Made by a program: the position numbers and the translations under genes. A stretch of DNA of 64,000 bases. Source: a bacterium (GTDB lineage Bacteria > Zhuqueibacterota > Zhuqueibacteria > Residuimicrobiales > Krinioviventaceae). The DNA is taken from the NCBI GenBank assembly GCA_963674595.2, contig CAXXFV010000006.1, forward strand, positions 288,001 to 352,000. The letters run 5' to 3'. Shown here one piece after another: positions 52,463-62,694 of this stretch (position 1 is the stretch's first letter; every line of letters starts with the position of its first letter). The notes under the pieces are model-generated. The model did no database searches and was not told where the DNA came from. It worked only from the letters and a program-made list of their open reading frames with translations.

Positions 52463-53818
52463 ATGGCTCAATATAATATTCTCATTGTCGATGATGAGGA
52501 AGCCCAGCGGGAAGCGCTGGCAGGCTATTTAGTTAAAAAAAAGCACACTATATTTACAGCTCAATCCGGCAAACATGCCATAGAAATCGTTTCAAAAGAG
52601 ACAATTGATTTGATTTTGACTGATTTACGAATGCCTGAAATGGACGGCCTGAGTTTACTTTATAAGACACGTGATATTAATCCGGATATTGACGTTATTG
52701 TAATGACGGCATTTGGAAGCATAGAAAGCGCCACAGAAGCCATGAAACAAGGGGCATTTGATTTTATAACCAAACCTGTTGATTTGGAACAACTTGACAT
52801 AACAATAGCCAAGTCATTCGAGCGTAAACAACTTGTTTCGGAAAACAAACGGTTGAGGAATTTGGTTGAAGAGAGGTTGAAATTCGGAGGCATCATATCC
52901 GCAAGTAAACCTATGGAAGAGGCTTTGAGCATTGCTTCAAGGGCTGCTTCAAGTATGGCTACCATTCTGATTACCGGTGAAAGTGGTGTTGGAAAGGAAC
53001 TCATTGCCAAAGCTGTTCATTTTGCCAGTGCACGAGCAGATCAGGAATTTATTGCTGTAAATATGGCGGCATTGTCCGATAACCTTGTTGAAAGCGAACT
53101 TTTTGGCCATGAAAAAGGAGCTTTTACAGGCGCTGATAAGCTGCGAAAGGGGCGATTTGAACTGGCTGATAACGGCACATTATTTATCGATGAGGTTGGA
53201 GACATTCCCTTATCAACCCAGGTTAAATTGCTGCGGGTATTGCAGGAACAGCAAATTGAGCGAATAGGATCTGCGGAACCGATAAAAATAAATGTTAGAG
53301 TCGTTGCAGCAACAAACCGTAACCTGGAAGAAATGGTGCAAAATGGTGAATTTAGGCAAGATTTGTATTACAGGTTAAACGTGGTTAAAATACAAATTCC
53401 CGCTTTAAGGGAACGTAAAGCTGATATTCCCATCCTGGCAAGGCACTTTTTGGAAAAATATGCTGAAATGAACGATCGGTCCATTAAAGAAATATCCAAA
53501 GAAGCGATGGATATGCTGGTGAAATATCAATTTCCGGGAAATGTTAGAGAGCTTGAAAACATTATTGAACAGGCTGTTGTATTATGCCGGGATGATATTA
53601 TTTCAACTCAGGCATTGCCTTCATTTTTGAAAAATAATACCCATGAATTTATTAATGACGAAAATTTAAACTTTCAGGAAAAAGTGCATGCTTTTGAAAA
53701 GAAATTGATCATTGACGCAATGGAACAGGCGAGCCATGTTCAAACAAAAGCAGCGGCACTTTTAGGAATGAGTGAACGACATTTACGATATAAATTACAA
53801 AAGTATAAAATGAAGTGA
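52463..53818 (+). CDS. Sigma54-dependent response regulator (NtrC/ZraR family)
   Basis: Receiver domain (VDDE, DLRMP); GESGVGKE, ESELFGHEKGAFTGA, FIDEVG and FPGNVRELEN; Fis-type HTH. Confidence 0.95.
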   Translation: MAQYNILIVDDEEAQREALAGYLVKKKHTIFTAQSGKHAIEIVSKETIDLILTDLRMPEMDGLSLLYKTRDINPDIDVIVMTAFGSIESATEAMKQGAFDFITKPVDLEQLDITIAKSFERKQLVSENKRLRNLVEERLKFGGIISASKPMEEALSIASRAASSMATILITGESGVGKELIAKAVHFASARADQEFIAVNMAALSDNLVESELFGHEKGAFTGADKLRKGRFELADNGTLFIDEVGDIPLSTQVKLLRVLQEQQIERIGSAEPIKINVRVVAATNRNLEEMVQNGEFRQDLYYRLNVVKIQIPALRERKADIPILARHFLEKYAEMNDRSIKEISKEAMDMLVKYQFPGNVRELENIIEQAVVLCRDDIISTQALPSFLKNNTHEFINDENLNFQEKVHAFEKKLIIDAMEQASHVQTKAAALLGMSERHLRYKLQKYKMK

Positions 53819-53830
53819 TATTTTATCTTT

Positions 53831-55234
53831 TTACGGGCATGAATAGGGTGGAAGCGCTTTAATGCGATCCAGTTCTTTTTTTAGTGCCTGGACTTTGTCC
53901 GGATATTCGCCGGCAAGATCATGCTTTTCACTTTTATCATTTTCAATATTATACAATTCTGTTTCGTGAACAAGCTTCCATGGCCCTCGTCTGACCGCAT
54001 ATTTGTCAGCCCATGTCCACATAATAGATCGTTCCGGGACTTTGGCTTTGTTTAGCAGTGTTTCGCTGACATCCATTCCGTCTATTGTTTGATTTACCAG
54101 TTTTTTATCAAAATTCAATATCTTAGCCAGTGTCGGCACGATGTCCATATTACAGATCATCTGATCTTCAACTCTGCCGGATTCAAACCTGTTGCCCCAG
54201 CTTACCATTGCCGGAATGCGTATTCCGCCTTCGTATACGGTTGCTTTTTCGCCACGGAGAACGCCGTTATCTGCATGTTGATAATAACTTTCAGAATATC
54301 CTCCATTGTCGGATATAAACCAGATCATGGTATTTTCTCGCAACCCGTTTTTATCAAGATATTCCAGTACTCTGCCAATTTGATCATCCATACAAGCAAC
54401 CATTGCCGTATAATAACGCCGGTAAGGGTCCTCTATGTGTGAAAACTTTTCAAGATACTCTGCAGGGGCCTGCAAGGTATTCATAACAGTTTGGCCCTGA
54501 TAGTCGGCTGTTTTTAAATTAAGTGTATTTTCAGGAACATCATTTACATCACTTTTTCCATAATGCGGGGCATTGTAGGCAAGATAAACAAAAAACGGAT
54601 TGTCTTTTAAAGAAGCTTTTTGCAAATAATCCAGAGCATGGTCTGTTATCAGCTCGGTTGAATAGCCTTTTTCGTCTTTTGGGGCATTATCTACATACCA
54701 ATCCTTGCCAAGCGGACCATAGGTATGCCGAAAATAATCGACACAGCCTCCGGGCATTCCGCAAAACTGATCAAATCCGTGGTGCATCGGCAGGTATTCC
54801 GGTTTGCTTTTACCCAGGTGCCATTTGCCGAATATAGCTGTATTATATCCCTGATTTTTTAGCATTTCCGGTAGGGTGTTTTCACAATTATCAAAATGTA
54901 TATCATCGCCGGGCATATAAACTTTATTGAGGCCATGTTTGCTGCGATGAGGATAACATCCGGTGAGCAAACTATATCTGGACGGTGTACAAGCGGGTGA
55001 GGAAACATAAAATTGCGTAAATCGGATTCCTTTTTGGGCAATGGAATCAATGTTTGGTGTCGGAATTGTACCTCCGTAACAGCCAAGGTCTCCGTAACCC
55101 AGGTCATCCGCATATATAAGCAGGATATTGGGCTGTTTCGTTGTTGGTTTTTGAGAACATCCGATTGATTGAATGGCTGCGTAACTGCCGAGAGCGGTCC
55201 CCATTTTCAGAAATTGGCGTCTGGAAACTGACAT
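53831..55234 (-). CDS. Tat-exported formylglycine-dependent sulfatase
   Basis: VSRRQFLK; ADDLGYGD, CTPSR, GKWHLG and SDNG motifs. Confidence 0.92.
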   Translation of the reverse strand: MSVSRRQFLKMGTALGSYAAIQSIGCSQKPTTKQPNILLIYADDLGYGDLGCYGGTIPTPNIDSIAQKGIRFTQFYVSSPACTPSRYSLLTGCYPHRSKHGLNKVYMPGDDIHFDNCENTLPEMLKNQGYNTAIFGKWHLGKSKPEYLPMHHGFDQFCGMPGGCVDYFRHTYGPLGKDWYVDNAPKDEKGYSTELITDHALDYLQKASLKDNPFFVYLAYNAPHYGKSDVNDVPENTLNLKTADYQGQTVMNTLQAPAEYLEKFSHIEDPYRRYYTAMVACMDDQIGRVLEYLDKNGLRENTMIWFISDNGGYSESYYQHADNGVLRGEKATVYEGGIRIPAMVSWGNRFESGRVEDQMICNMDIVPTLAKILNFDKKLVNQTIDGMDVSETLLNKAKVPERSIMWTWADKYAVRRGPWKLVHETELYNIENDKSEKHDLAGEYPDKVQALKKELDRIKALPPYSCP

Positions 55235-55392
55235 AAAAAAACCTCCGGATTTTATTCGATTCGCTAGTGCAATATAATGGAAAATATAAAAGGTGTAAAG
55301 GAGTTTTTATTATTTTTTATTGATTCTAAAGCTCATGAAAGTTACATTATAAAAAATTTTATAAAATAATAAATTATGCAAAGGTCGATATA

Positions 55393-57108
55393 ATGGAACG
55401 TCGTACATTTTTTAAAATTTCCAGTGCTGCCGCCCTGGCCACATTGGGCCAGGAAACCATATTCAGCAAAAGTACATTTGCTGCTGATAAAAAAAATAAA
55501 AATCTAATAAAGCAACTCGTAAAACAAAACGATGAACGCGTTCCTGTATTATTAAATCAACAGGAGAAAAATAAAGATAATCGTTGGTATGGTGGACATA
55601 TTAATGATTCCGGTATCCATACTCCTCAAGGTACTGCCGCATTGATTAAGACATTAATTTGTACTTATACCCATAAAGATTCAAAATATCACCATGATAC
55701 ATCTCTTATTCAACCATTGGAAATAGCGGCTGATTATATGCTAAAATGTCAGCATGATGATGGAACTATTGATCTGCATACAACAAATTTTCATTCAACA
55801 CCGGATACGGCATTTGTTTTAGAAGTAATAACTGCCGCTTATTTTATTTTCGGATTTAATGATTTAAAAGCTATACAATCCGTATTGGATAAACTACAGG
55901 AATTTATCTTAAAAGGTGCAAAAGCTTTAACGGTTGGCGGAATTCATACACCCAATCACCGTTGGGTGGTTAGTATGGCTTTGTCCCGAATAAATAAACT
56001 TTTTCCGGATCCCAAATATATTCAACGAATTGATCAATGGCTGAGTGAAAAAATTGATATTGACCCTGACGGACAGTTTACAGAAAAAAGTTCATCCATT
56101 TACAGTCCCTTAACGGACCGTTGTTTCATTACCATGGCCAGATTGTTAGGCAGAGAAGAACTATTGGAGCCTGTTCGTAAAAATTTAAATATGTCCATGT
56201 ATTATTTTCACCCGGATGGGGAAGTTGTTACCAATGCCTCGACACGCCAGGATAAAAATAAACGAAGTTTAATGGCCCCTTATTATTATCCTTATCGATA
56301 TATGGCTATTTATGACAGAAACGGGCAATATGCTAAAATAGCCAGATGGATTGAGCAGACCTCAACAGAAAATTTAACCGGTATGTTGAGTTATTTTATG
56401 GAGGATGAATTTTTAGCTAAACAGTTACCCGCTAATAAACCGATACCTGATGATTATTGTAAAGTTTTTAAATATTCTCAAATTGCAAGAATTAGAAGAA
56501 AAGATACAAGTGCAACAATTCTGGCAGATAATTCGATTATTTTCTCTTTACATAAAGGGACAGCAGCATTAGAGGCTGTGCGATTTGCCGGGGCCTTTTT
56601 TGGAAAAGGGCAATTTGTGGGTGACGAGTTAGTCACCGATAAAAACAATACATTTTTATTAAAACAAAAATTATCAGGTCCATACTATCAACCTTATCCT
56701 GCTGATTTAATTCCGGGTGACGGTGTCTGGGAGAATATGCCGCGTAAAAATCGCCCACAAAGTGAGGTGCAGGTTTGGGATTCTCAAATAAAAATTAATG
56801 AAGAAAATGGTGCCTTTTTAATGGAATTTGACATTTCAGGTACTGACAATGTACCGGTCGCTATAGAGATGGGCTTCCGGTCCGGTGGTAAGCTCGAAGG
56901 AGTCGTACCTGTTGACGGTGAGCAAGATGCATATATCCTTGAAAAGGGATTTGGAAAATATACTTTTGATAATAATGTAATTCAGTTCGGTCCGGGAAAA
57001 AGTGAACATACTTATGTTCAGCTTCGTGGAGCTTTGCCGAAACTGGACTTGCAATGTGTTTATATAACTGGATTTACACCGTTCAAGATAAAGCTTTACT
57101 TTAAATGA
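55393..57108 (+). CDS. Tat-exported hypothetical protein (possible alpha/alpha-toroid + beta-sandwich, heparinase II/III-like)
   Basis: MERRTFFK twin-arginine; GGIHTPNHRWV and DPDGQFTEKS motifs; the fold assignment is inference. Confidence 0.6.
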   Translation: MERRTFFKISSAAALATLGQETIFSKSTFAADKKNKNLIKQLVKQNDERVPVLLNQQEKNKDNRWYGGHINDSGIHTPQGTAALIKTLICTYTHKDSKYHHDTSLIQPLEIAADYMLKCQHDDGTIDLHTTNFHSTPDTAFVLEVITAAYFIFGFNDLKAIQSVLDKLQEFILKGAKALTVGGIHTPNHRWVVSMALSRINKLFPDPKYIQRIDQWLSEKIDIDPDGQFTEKSSSIYSPLTDRCFITMARLLGREELLEPVRKNLNMSMYYFHPDGEVVTNASTRQDKNKRSLMAPYYYPYRYMAIYDRNGQYAKIARWIEQTSTENLTGMLSYFMEDEFLAKQLPANKPIPDDYCKVFKYSQIARIRRKDTSATILADNSIIFSLHKGTAALEAVRFAGAFFGKGQFVGDELVTDKNNTFLLKQKLSGPYYQPYPADLIPGDGVWENMPRKNRPQSEVQVWDSQIKINEENGAFLMEFDISGTDNVPVAIEMGFRSGGKLEGVVPVDGEQDAYILEKGFGKYTFDNNVIQFGPGKSEHTYVQLRGALPKLDLQCVYITGFTPFKIKLYFK

Positions 57109-57251
57109 TGACTATGTAACATGTAAAATATTTAAAACATTAACTGCTCAAAAGAAAAAGTGAAAGTCCAAAGTTAACTTTTTCCTCTTGATGTGAAATT
57201 AATTATATAAAAAACACTTGTTGACCAATAAGGGTTTATGTTGTTTTATGC

Positions 57252-57294
57252 AAAAGCACTGCTTTAGATTGCAGTTATAGCAGTGCTTTTTTTT
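57252..57294 (+). terminator. Intrinsic terminator upstream of the YeiH-family gene
   Basis: aaaagcactgct / agcagtgctttt stem with T8 tail. Confidence 0.8.
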
Positions 57295-57324
57295 AATAGA
57301 TCTCTTAAAAGGTAAAATATTAAA

Positions 57325-58308
57325 ATGATGTTGTCTCGAAAATTCATACCCGGCACAGTTTTGGTATTAGGAATTGCCGCTGTTGCCATGGTTTTGAATC
57401 ATATTCTTTCTCCATATATTCAATTGGAAGCACTAACCATTGCCATAATTCTCGGTATTCTGGCAAATAATATTATGACAATCCCTAAAAATTATAAACC
57501 AGGCATTAAATTTTCCCTAAAACAGATTTTAACAGCCGGTATTGTTCTCCTGGGATTTAAATTGAATCTGGATGCTGTTTTTGCACTTGGACCTAAAATT
57601 TTGGTTATGGTTGTTATCTATGTCAGCCTGGCTTTAGGGTTTTCATGGTTAATCGGTCGGTTTTATAAAACCAGCAACAAGCTTGCAATATTAATCGGTG
57701 TAGGCTCCAGTATTTGTGGAGCATCGGCAGTTGTGGCCATGGCACCATGTATTCATGCGGATGAGGATGATGCTGTTGTAGCCGTATCAATCGTGAGTTT
57801 TTTGGGTGCAGTTGGGGTGATTGTATATTCCGCGATAGCGACGAGTTTTACTGCCATTAGTACAATCCAGTACGGCGTATGGTCCGGATTGTCATTACAT
57901 GGTGTAGCCCATGCTCTGGCCGCCGCCTTTGCCCGGGGTGCGGCCGCAGGTGAAATAGGAACTTTTGTGAAAATGGCGCGTGTTTTAATGCTTGTTCCCG
58001 TTTCGCTCGTACTCGCTGTTTGTTTTTCAAAAAATGAAGGCGGCGCAAAGCGTGTAAAATTTCCCTGGTATGTTGTTTTGTTTATCCTTGCAGGCATTAT
58101 AAACGGATTAAATATACTTCCGCAAGCCCTGACGCAGGTGCTCGTTAAAACCAGTTCCATTTTTATCTTAATGGCCATGACGTCAATGGGACTTTCTGTG
58201 GATTTTAAGCAGGTTGCCCATAAAGGTGCGTCTGCGCTGATGCTTGGGACAATTTTGTTTATTATAATGTCGGTCTCTAGTCTCTTTTGTATCATACATC
58301 TGCTTTAA
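57325..58308 (+). CDS. YeiH / putative sulfate exporter (PSE) family membrane protein
   Basis: GIVLLGFKL, LIGVGSSICGASAVVA and VKMARVLML motifs. Confidence 0.88.
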   Translation: MMLSRKFIPGTVLVLGIAAVAMVLNHILSPYIQLEALTIAIILGILANNIMTIPKNYKPGIKFSLKQILTAGIVLLGFKLNLDAVFALGPKILVMVVIYVSLALGFSWLIGRFYKTSNKLAILIGVGSSICGASAVVAMAPCIHADEDDAVVAVSIVSFLGAVGVIVYSAIATSFTAISTIQYGVWSGLSLHGVAHALAAAFARGAAAGEIGTFVKMARVLMLVPVSLVLAVCFSKNEGGAKRVKFPWYVVLFILAGIINGLNILPQALTQVLVKTSSIFILMAMTSMGLSVDFKQVAHKGASALMLGTILFIIMSVSSLFCIIHLL

Positions 58309-58629
58309 TGAGGCAATGTATAAATAATTTCGTAATTAGAAATATTCCATCACTATTTATTGTTTCTGATATACGTTAAAAAGATATATTATTTCAATTA
58401 TTAATAAATTAGGGATTGTAATTTTAATATAAATTTTATATACTACATTTACCTTGGTGGTGTTATATATTTAGCTATTTAATAAGGGTCTTTTTTTATT
58501 TTTTAAACTGTATAAAAGTTATTATTATATAATTTTTTTCAGTTTATATAATATTTTTTTTTTAAATTTAAAGACTATTTAAACATTAAATAAAAAATTT
58601 GGTCGATTTTATTATGAGATGGAGGGACC

Positions 58630-58731
58630 ATGATGAAAAAATTAACAGGGCACGAATTTATTAGAGAACTAGGTTGGATACTTTTTATAGCGTTTCTTAT
58701 TATCGTTATTATATCCGTTCTCTTTTCATAA
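58630..58731 (+). CDS. Unannotated 33-aa single-TM small protein
   Basis: GGAGG RBS then MMKKLTGHEFIRELGWILFIAFLIIVIISVLFS-stop; below the ORF-track cutoff. Confidence 0.55.
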   Translation: MMKKLTGHEFIRELGWILFIAFLIIVIISVLFS

Positions 58732-58870
58732 TCATTTTTGGTGAAAATTAGTTATTTATGTTTGATCTGTTTTTTGGACGAATCAATTAATTCTATAAAA
58801 AAATGTAATTTTACGGGAATACAAAAATTTTACAAGCGTTTTTTTAGATAAATATGGTAAACCTTTTTTC

Positions 58871-58899
58871 TTGACTTTTCTCAACGGGTTTGCTATTAT
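58871..58899 (+). promoter_or_regulatory. Sigma70 promoter of sucCD
   Basis: TTGACT-17 nt-TATTAT with extended -10 TG. Confidence 0.65.
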
Positions 58900-58940
58900 G
58901 ATTTCGTAAAATTATATAGAACATCAGGTCCGGAGGACAG

Positions 58941-60101
58941 ATGAAAATTCATGAGTACCAAGCCAGGGATCTATTGGCAAAGCAGGGAATTGCCGTTCAA
59001 AATGGAAATGTAGCATTCACACCTCAGGAAGTAAAAAATATCTGCCAGACACTTGAAGGGGAAACTTTTGTTTTAAAAGCACAAGTACATGCCGGAGGAC
59101 GGGGAAAAGGCGGAGGCATCAAGCTGACCAAAAGCATTGACGAGGCTGTAGAACTTTCAAAGCAAATGTTTGGTATGAAACTCGTTACACATCAAACCGG
59201 TCCCGAAGGCAAAATTGTTCAGCGACTTTTTGTAACGGAAGCGGCTGATATTAAAAGAGAGCTTTACGCCGGAATTGTTTTAGACAGACAAACGAACCAA
59301 TTTGTTTTTATGGCGAGTCAGGAAGGCGGCGTTGAAATAGAAAAAGTTGCTGCCGAATCCCCTGAAAAAATAATTAAAGAGTATATCAACAGGTCATTGG
59401 GGCTGCAGGCTTTTCAGGCCCGGCGAATGGCCCTTGCCCTGGGACTAGACGGAAAGCTGTTAAGACAAGCCGTTTCCTTTTTTATGTCTCTCTACCAGAC
59501 ACTTGTTGCAAATGACTGTTCTTTAATTGAAGTTAATCCTCTGGTTGTTACCAAAGATGATCAAATTTCTGCCCTGGATATGAAAATAAACATAGATGAT
59601 AATGCGTTATTTCGACATCCTGAAATTGTTGAAATGCGTGACTTGAATGAAGAAGATCCTCTTGAAGTGGAAGCTTCAAAATCCAACCTGAACTATATTA
59701 AACTGGATGGAACTGTTGGCTGTATGGTAAATGGCGCCGGTTTGGCCATGGCTACAATGGATATTATAAAACTGGCCGGCGCTGAACCTGCTAATTTTCT
59801 TGATGTCGGCGGTGGTGCATCTCCTGAAACGGTTGAAAGCGGATTTCGTATTATTCTTTCTGATTCCAACGTTAAAGCTGTATTGATAAACATATTTGGC
59901 GGCATCGTACGATGTGATCGTGTTGCTCTTGGTGTTATTGAGGCGACAAAAAATGTGGGTGTTGATGTTCCTGTTATTATTCGTCTTGCAGGGACAAACG
60001 CAGATATTGCGGCTGATTTATTAAAGAATTCCGGTTTAAATTTCCATGTTGCCGAACATCTTGAAGATGCGGCACAAAAAGTAATCAGTCTTTTGAATTA
60101 A
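58941..60101 (+). CDS. sucC: Succinyl-CoA ligase beta subunit
   Basis: [33 protein letters not shown] and [10 protein letters not shown] motifs. Confidence 0.97.
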   Translation: MKIHEYQARDLLAKQGIAVQNGNVAFTPQEVKNICQTLEGETFVLKAQVHAGGRGKGGGIKLTKSIDEAVELSKQMFGMKLVTHQTGPEGKIVQRLFVTEAADIKRELYAGIVLDRQTNQFVFMASQEGGVEIEKVAAESPEKIIKEYINRSLGLQAFQARRMALALGLDGKLLRQAVSFFMSLYQTLVANDCSLIEVNPLVVTKDDQISALDMKINIDDNALFRHPEIVEMRDLNEEDPLEVEASKSNLNYIKLDGTVGCMVNGAGLAMATMDIIKLAGAEPANFLDVGGGASPETVESGFRIILSDSNVKAVLINIFGGIVRCDRVALGVIEATKNVGVDVPVIIRLAGTNADIAADLLKNSGLNFHVAEHLEDAAQKVISLLN

Positions 60102-60129
60102 AAAATTCCGGCAATATAAGGAGATTATA

Positions 60130-61014
60130 GTGAGTATTTTATTAGATGAAAAAACGAATATAATCGTGCAGGGAATTACAGGAGGCGAAGGTTCTTTTCA
60201 TACACGACAAATGCTTGAATATGGTACGAAAATAGCAGGCGGTGTTACCCCCGGTAAAGGCGGAACAAAATTTGATGATAAGGTGGATATATTTAATTCC
60301 GTTAAAGATGCTGTCAGTGAAACCCAGGCAAATGCATCCATAATATTTGTTCCCGCTCCGTTTGCGGCAGACGCCATTATGGAAGCCGCTGAGGCTGGTA
60401 TAGAACTTGTAGTTTGTATCACCGAAGGAATTCCGGTGCTTGATATGGTTAAAGTATATGAATATTTGATTTCTTTTGATACACGCTTAATCGGGCCAAA
60501 TTGTCCGGGTATTATATCTCCCGGTAAGGCTAAAATGGGCATCATGCCTGGGTTTATTCATTCGCCTGGTCCTATTGGTGTTATATCTAGAAGCGGCACA
60601 CTTACCTATGAAGCTGTTTCGCAATTAAGTCAGCGAGGATTAGGGCAAAGTACGTGTGTAGGTATTGGCGGTGACCCTATCATTGGCACCACCTTTGTTG
60701 ACGCCTTGAAACTGTTCGAGGATGATGATGAAACGGAAGCCGTCGTTATGATTGGTGAAATAGGCGGAACTGCCGAAGAAACCGCTGCCGATTTTATTAA
60801 GAAAAATATGACAAAACCGGTAATAAGTTTTATAGCCGGACAAACAGCCCCTCCCGGAAGGAGGATGGGACATGCAGGTGCTATAATTGCAGGCGGAAAA
60901 GGAACGGCTGAAGAGAAAATGAATGCTTTATCCGATGCCGGTGTACATGTTTGTAAAAGTCCGTCTGAAATTGGCGCAATGACAGTAAAGGCCATTGGCA
61001 ATAGTTCTATTTAA
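60130..61014 (+). CDS. sucD: Succinyl-CoA ligase alpha subunit
   Basis: [20 protein letters not shown] and RMGHAGA motifs. Confidence 0.97.
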   Translation: MSILLDEKTNIIVQGITGGEGSFHTRQMLEYGTKIAGGVTPGKGGTKFDDKVDIFNSVKDAVSETQANASIIFVPAPFAADAIMEAAEAGIELVVCITEGIPVLDMVKVYEYLISFDTRLIGPNCPGIISPGKAKMGIMPGFIHSPGPIGVISRSGTLTYEAVSQLSQRGLGQSTCVGIGGDPIIGTTFVDALKLFEDDDETEAVVMIGEIGGTAEETAADFIKKNMTKPVISFIAGQTAPPGRRMGHAGAIIAGGKGTAEEKMNALSDAGVHVCKSPSEIGAMTVKAIGNSSI

Positions 61015-61029
61015 TTGTGAGAAAACGGA

Positions 61030-61656
61030 ATGAATATGAAACAAACGGATATTGAAAATATTATTAACGACCCTGATTATCAAACCATAATTGATGTTGA
61101 GGAACTAAAGCAATTAAAAAAAGACAATCCTGATATTTTGATATGGGACTCTCAACTGGATTTTGGTAAGGATTTTTTTTCATTCTGGCAAAAACGATTT
61201 AACGAAAATGACCGGCGCGGTGAAGTTGTTTTATGGATAGAAAATCTTGATAAAAAAATACTTTTACATACAAAACCATACTATCCCAATAATATTTATC
61301 GCCTTCTGACCGGTGGTATTCATTTTAATGAAACTGTTGTCGAGGCTCTTTTTCGTGAAATTTGGGAAGAAACAAGCTTTACTTTAAAAGATTTTAACTT
61401 TAACGGTATAATTTTTTATAAATTTAAGCATAACGGACTTGTTTTACCTTTTTGTTCCTATATTTATAAAATATCAAACATTGACAAGGAACCGGTAACA
61501 ATTGATGATGTAGAGCTGATAACGGGTTTTAAATGGATTGAAAAGCAAGAATTAAAGGATGTTAACAAACAGTTTGCAGAACTTGGGGATGACTGGAAAG
61601 ATTGGGCTGACATGCGTATAATTGCTCATGAGTTTGTATTTAAAACGAATGAGTAA
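61030..61656 (+). CDS. NUDIX hydrolase
   Basis: GGIHFNETVVEALFREIWEETS Nudix box. Confidence 0.75.
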   Translation: MNMKQTDIENIINDPDYQTIIDVEELKQLKKDNPDILIWDSQLDFGKDFFSFWQKRFNENDRRGEVVLWIENLDKKILLHTKPYYPNNIYRLLTGGIHFNETVVEALFREIWEETSFTLKDFNFNGIIFYKFKHNGLVLPFCSYIYKISNIDKEPVTIDDVELITGFKWIEKQELKDVNKQFAELGDDWKDWADMRIIAHEFVFKTNE

Positions 61657-61723
61657 TTAACTTTTTTAATTACTTGTTCCGGTATCCGGCAAAAATAATA
61701 ATACTTTGAATAAAGAGGACATT

Positions 61724-62524
61724 ATGGAATGGTTAAATTTGACTGTTTCTGGATTTGAAGCAGCAAAAGAAGAATCGAAACGTGTTTGCATTGTCCCTTT
61801 CGGATGTATTGAGAAACATTCGGAACATTTACCATTAGGTACAGACAGTATGCTGGCTTATCGTATTGCCTGTTTGGCTTCTGAAAAAGAACCTGCTGTT
61901 GTGTTTCCCGTCCAGCATTATACCATGGCAGCATCTGCACCGGCCCAGCCGGGCGCTATCGCTTTGGATGCCAAGTTTTCTATGCAAATTTTTGAAACAC
62001 TATTCGATGAAATTCATAGAAATGGCTTTAATAAAATAATCCTGTATAACGGACATGGCGGAAACAGAAATATTTTACCTTTATTGATACAAAATCATTT
62101 AACACGTAAAATTTCAAATTATACCCTTTATTTACCGCCGTTTGACTGGATCATTGAAGATGTTATTAAAAAGTATTGCACCTCGACCTATGGCGGGCAT
62201 GCTGATGAATGGGAAACGAGCTTGATGCTTTATCTCTATCCGGAAACAGTTCATATGGACAAAGTACCGGCCCCGGGTGTGGGGGCGGCGCAGGACCGTT
62301 TAAAACACCTTAAAGATGCCGGGATTCTTGTTCCTCATGCATTTTTTTCCGATTATCCTACTCATTATGCAGGTGATGCAACAGACGCATCTAAAAGTAA
62401 AGGAGAAAAAGCGGCTCAGGCAATGATCAAACGATTGGCAAGGGTAATCCATCTTGTGAAAAATGATAATGAAAGTCTTGATTTGCTTAAGCAGTTTCAG
62501 GTACTCACCAAAAGAAATGGTTAA
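61724..62524 (+). CDS. Creatininase / mycofactocin peptidase family amidohydrolase
   Basis: PFGCIEKHSEHLPLGTD, NGHGGN and GHADEWETS motifs; gagga RBS before ATG 61724. Confidence 0.88.
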   Translation: MEWLNLTVSGFEAAKEESKRVCIVPFGCIEKHSEHLPLGTDSMLAYRIACLASEKEPAVVFPVQHYTMAASAPAQPGAIALDAKFSMQIFETLFDEIHRNGFNKIILYNGHGGNRNILPLLIQNHLTRKISNYTLYLPPFDWIIEDVIKKYCTSTYGGHADEWETSLMLYLYPETVHMDKVPAPGVGAAQDRLKHLKDAGILVPHAFFSDYPTHYAGDATDASKSKGEKAAQAMIKRLARVIHLVKNDNESLDLLKQFQVLTKRNG

Positions 62525-62619
62525 TTATTTTATTTTTTAGTACAAGATGAGTTGATTTTTTTAATAAGGTATTTTAATTTCGGCATATTTTACTATTTTA
62601 AGTAAATACAAGAAAATTC

Positions 62620-62648
62620 TTGACATATATACAATAGTTTTTTAGATT
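62620..62648 (+). promoter_or_regulatory. Sigma70 promoter of gdhA
   Basis: TTGACA-17 nt-TAGATT. Confidence 0.6.
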
Positions 62649-62694
62649 AATAGAATTCATTCAAAAAATTAACTTATTTTGGGAGTCACGTATT

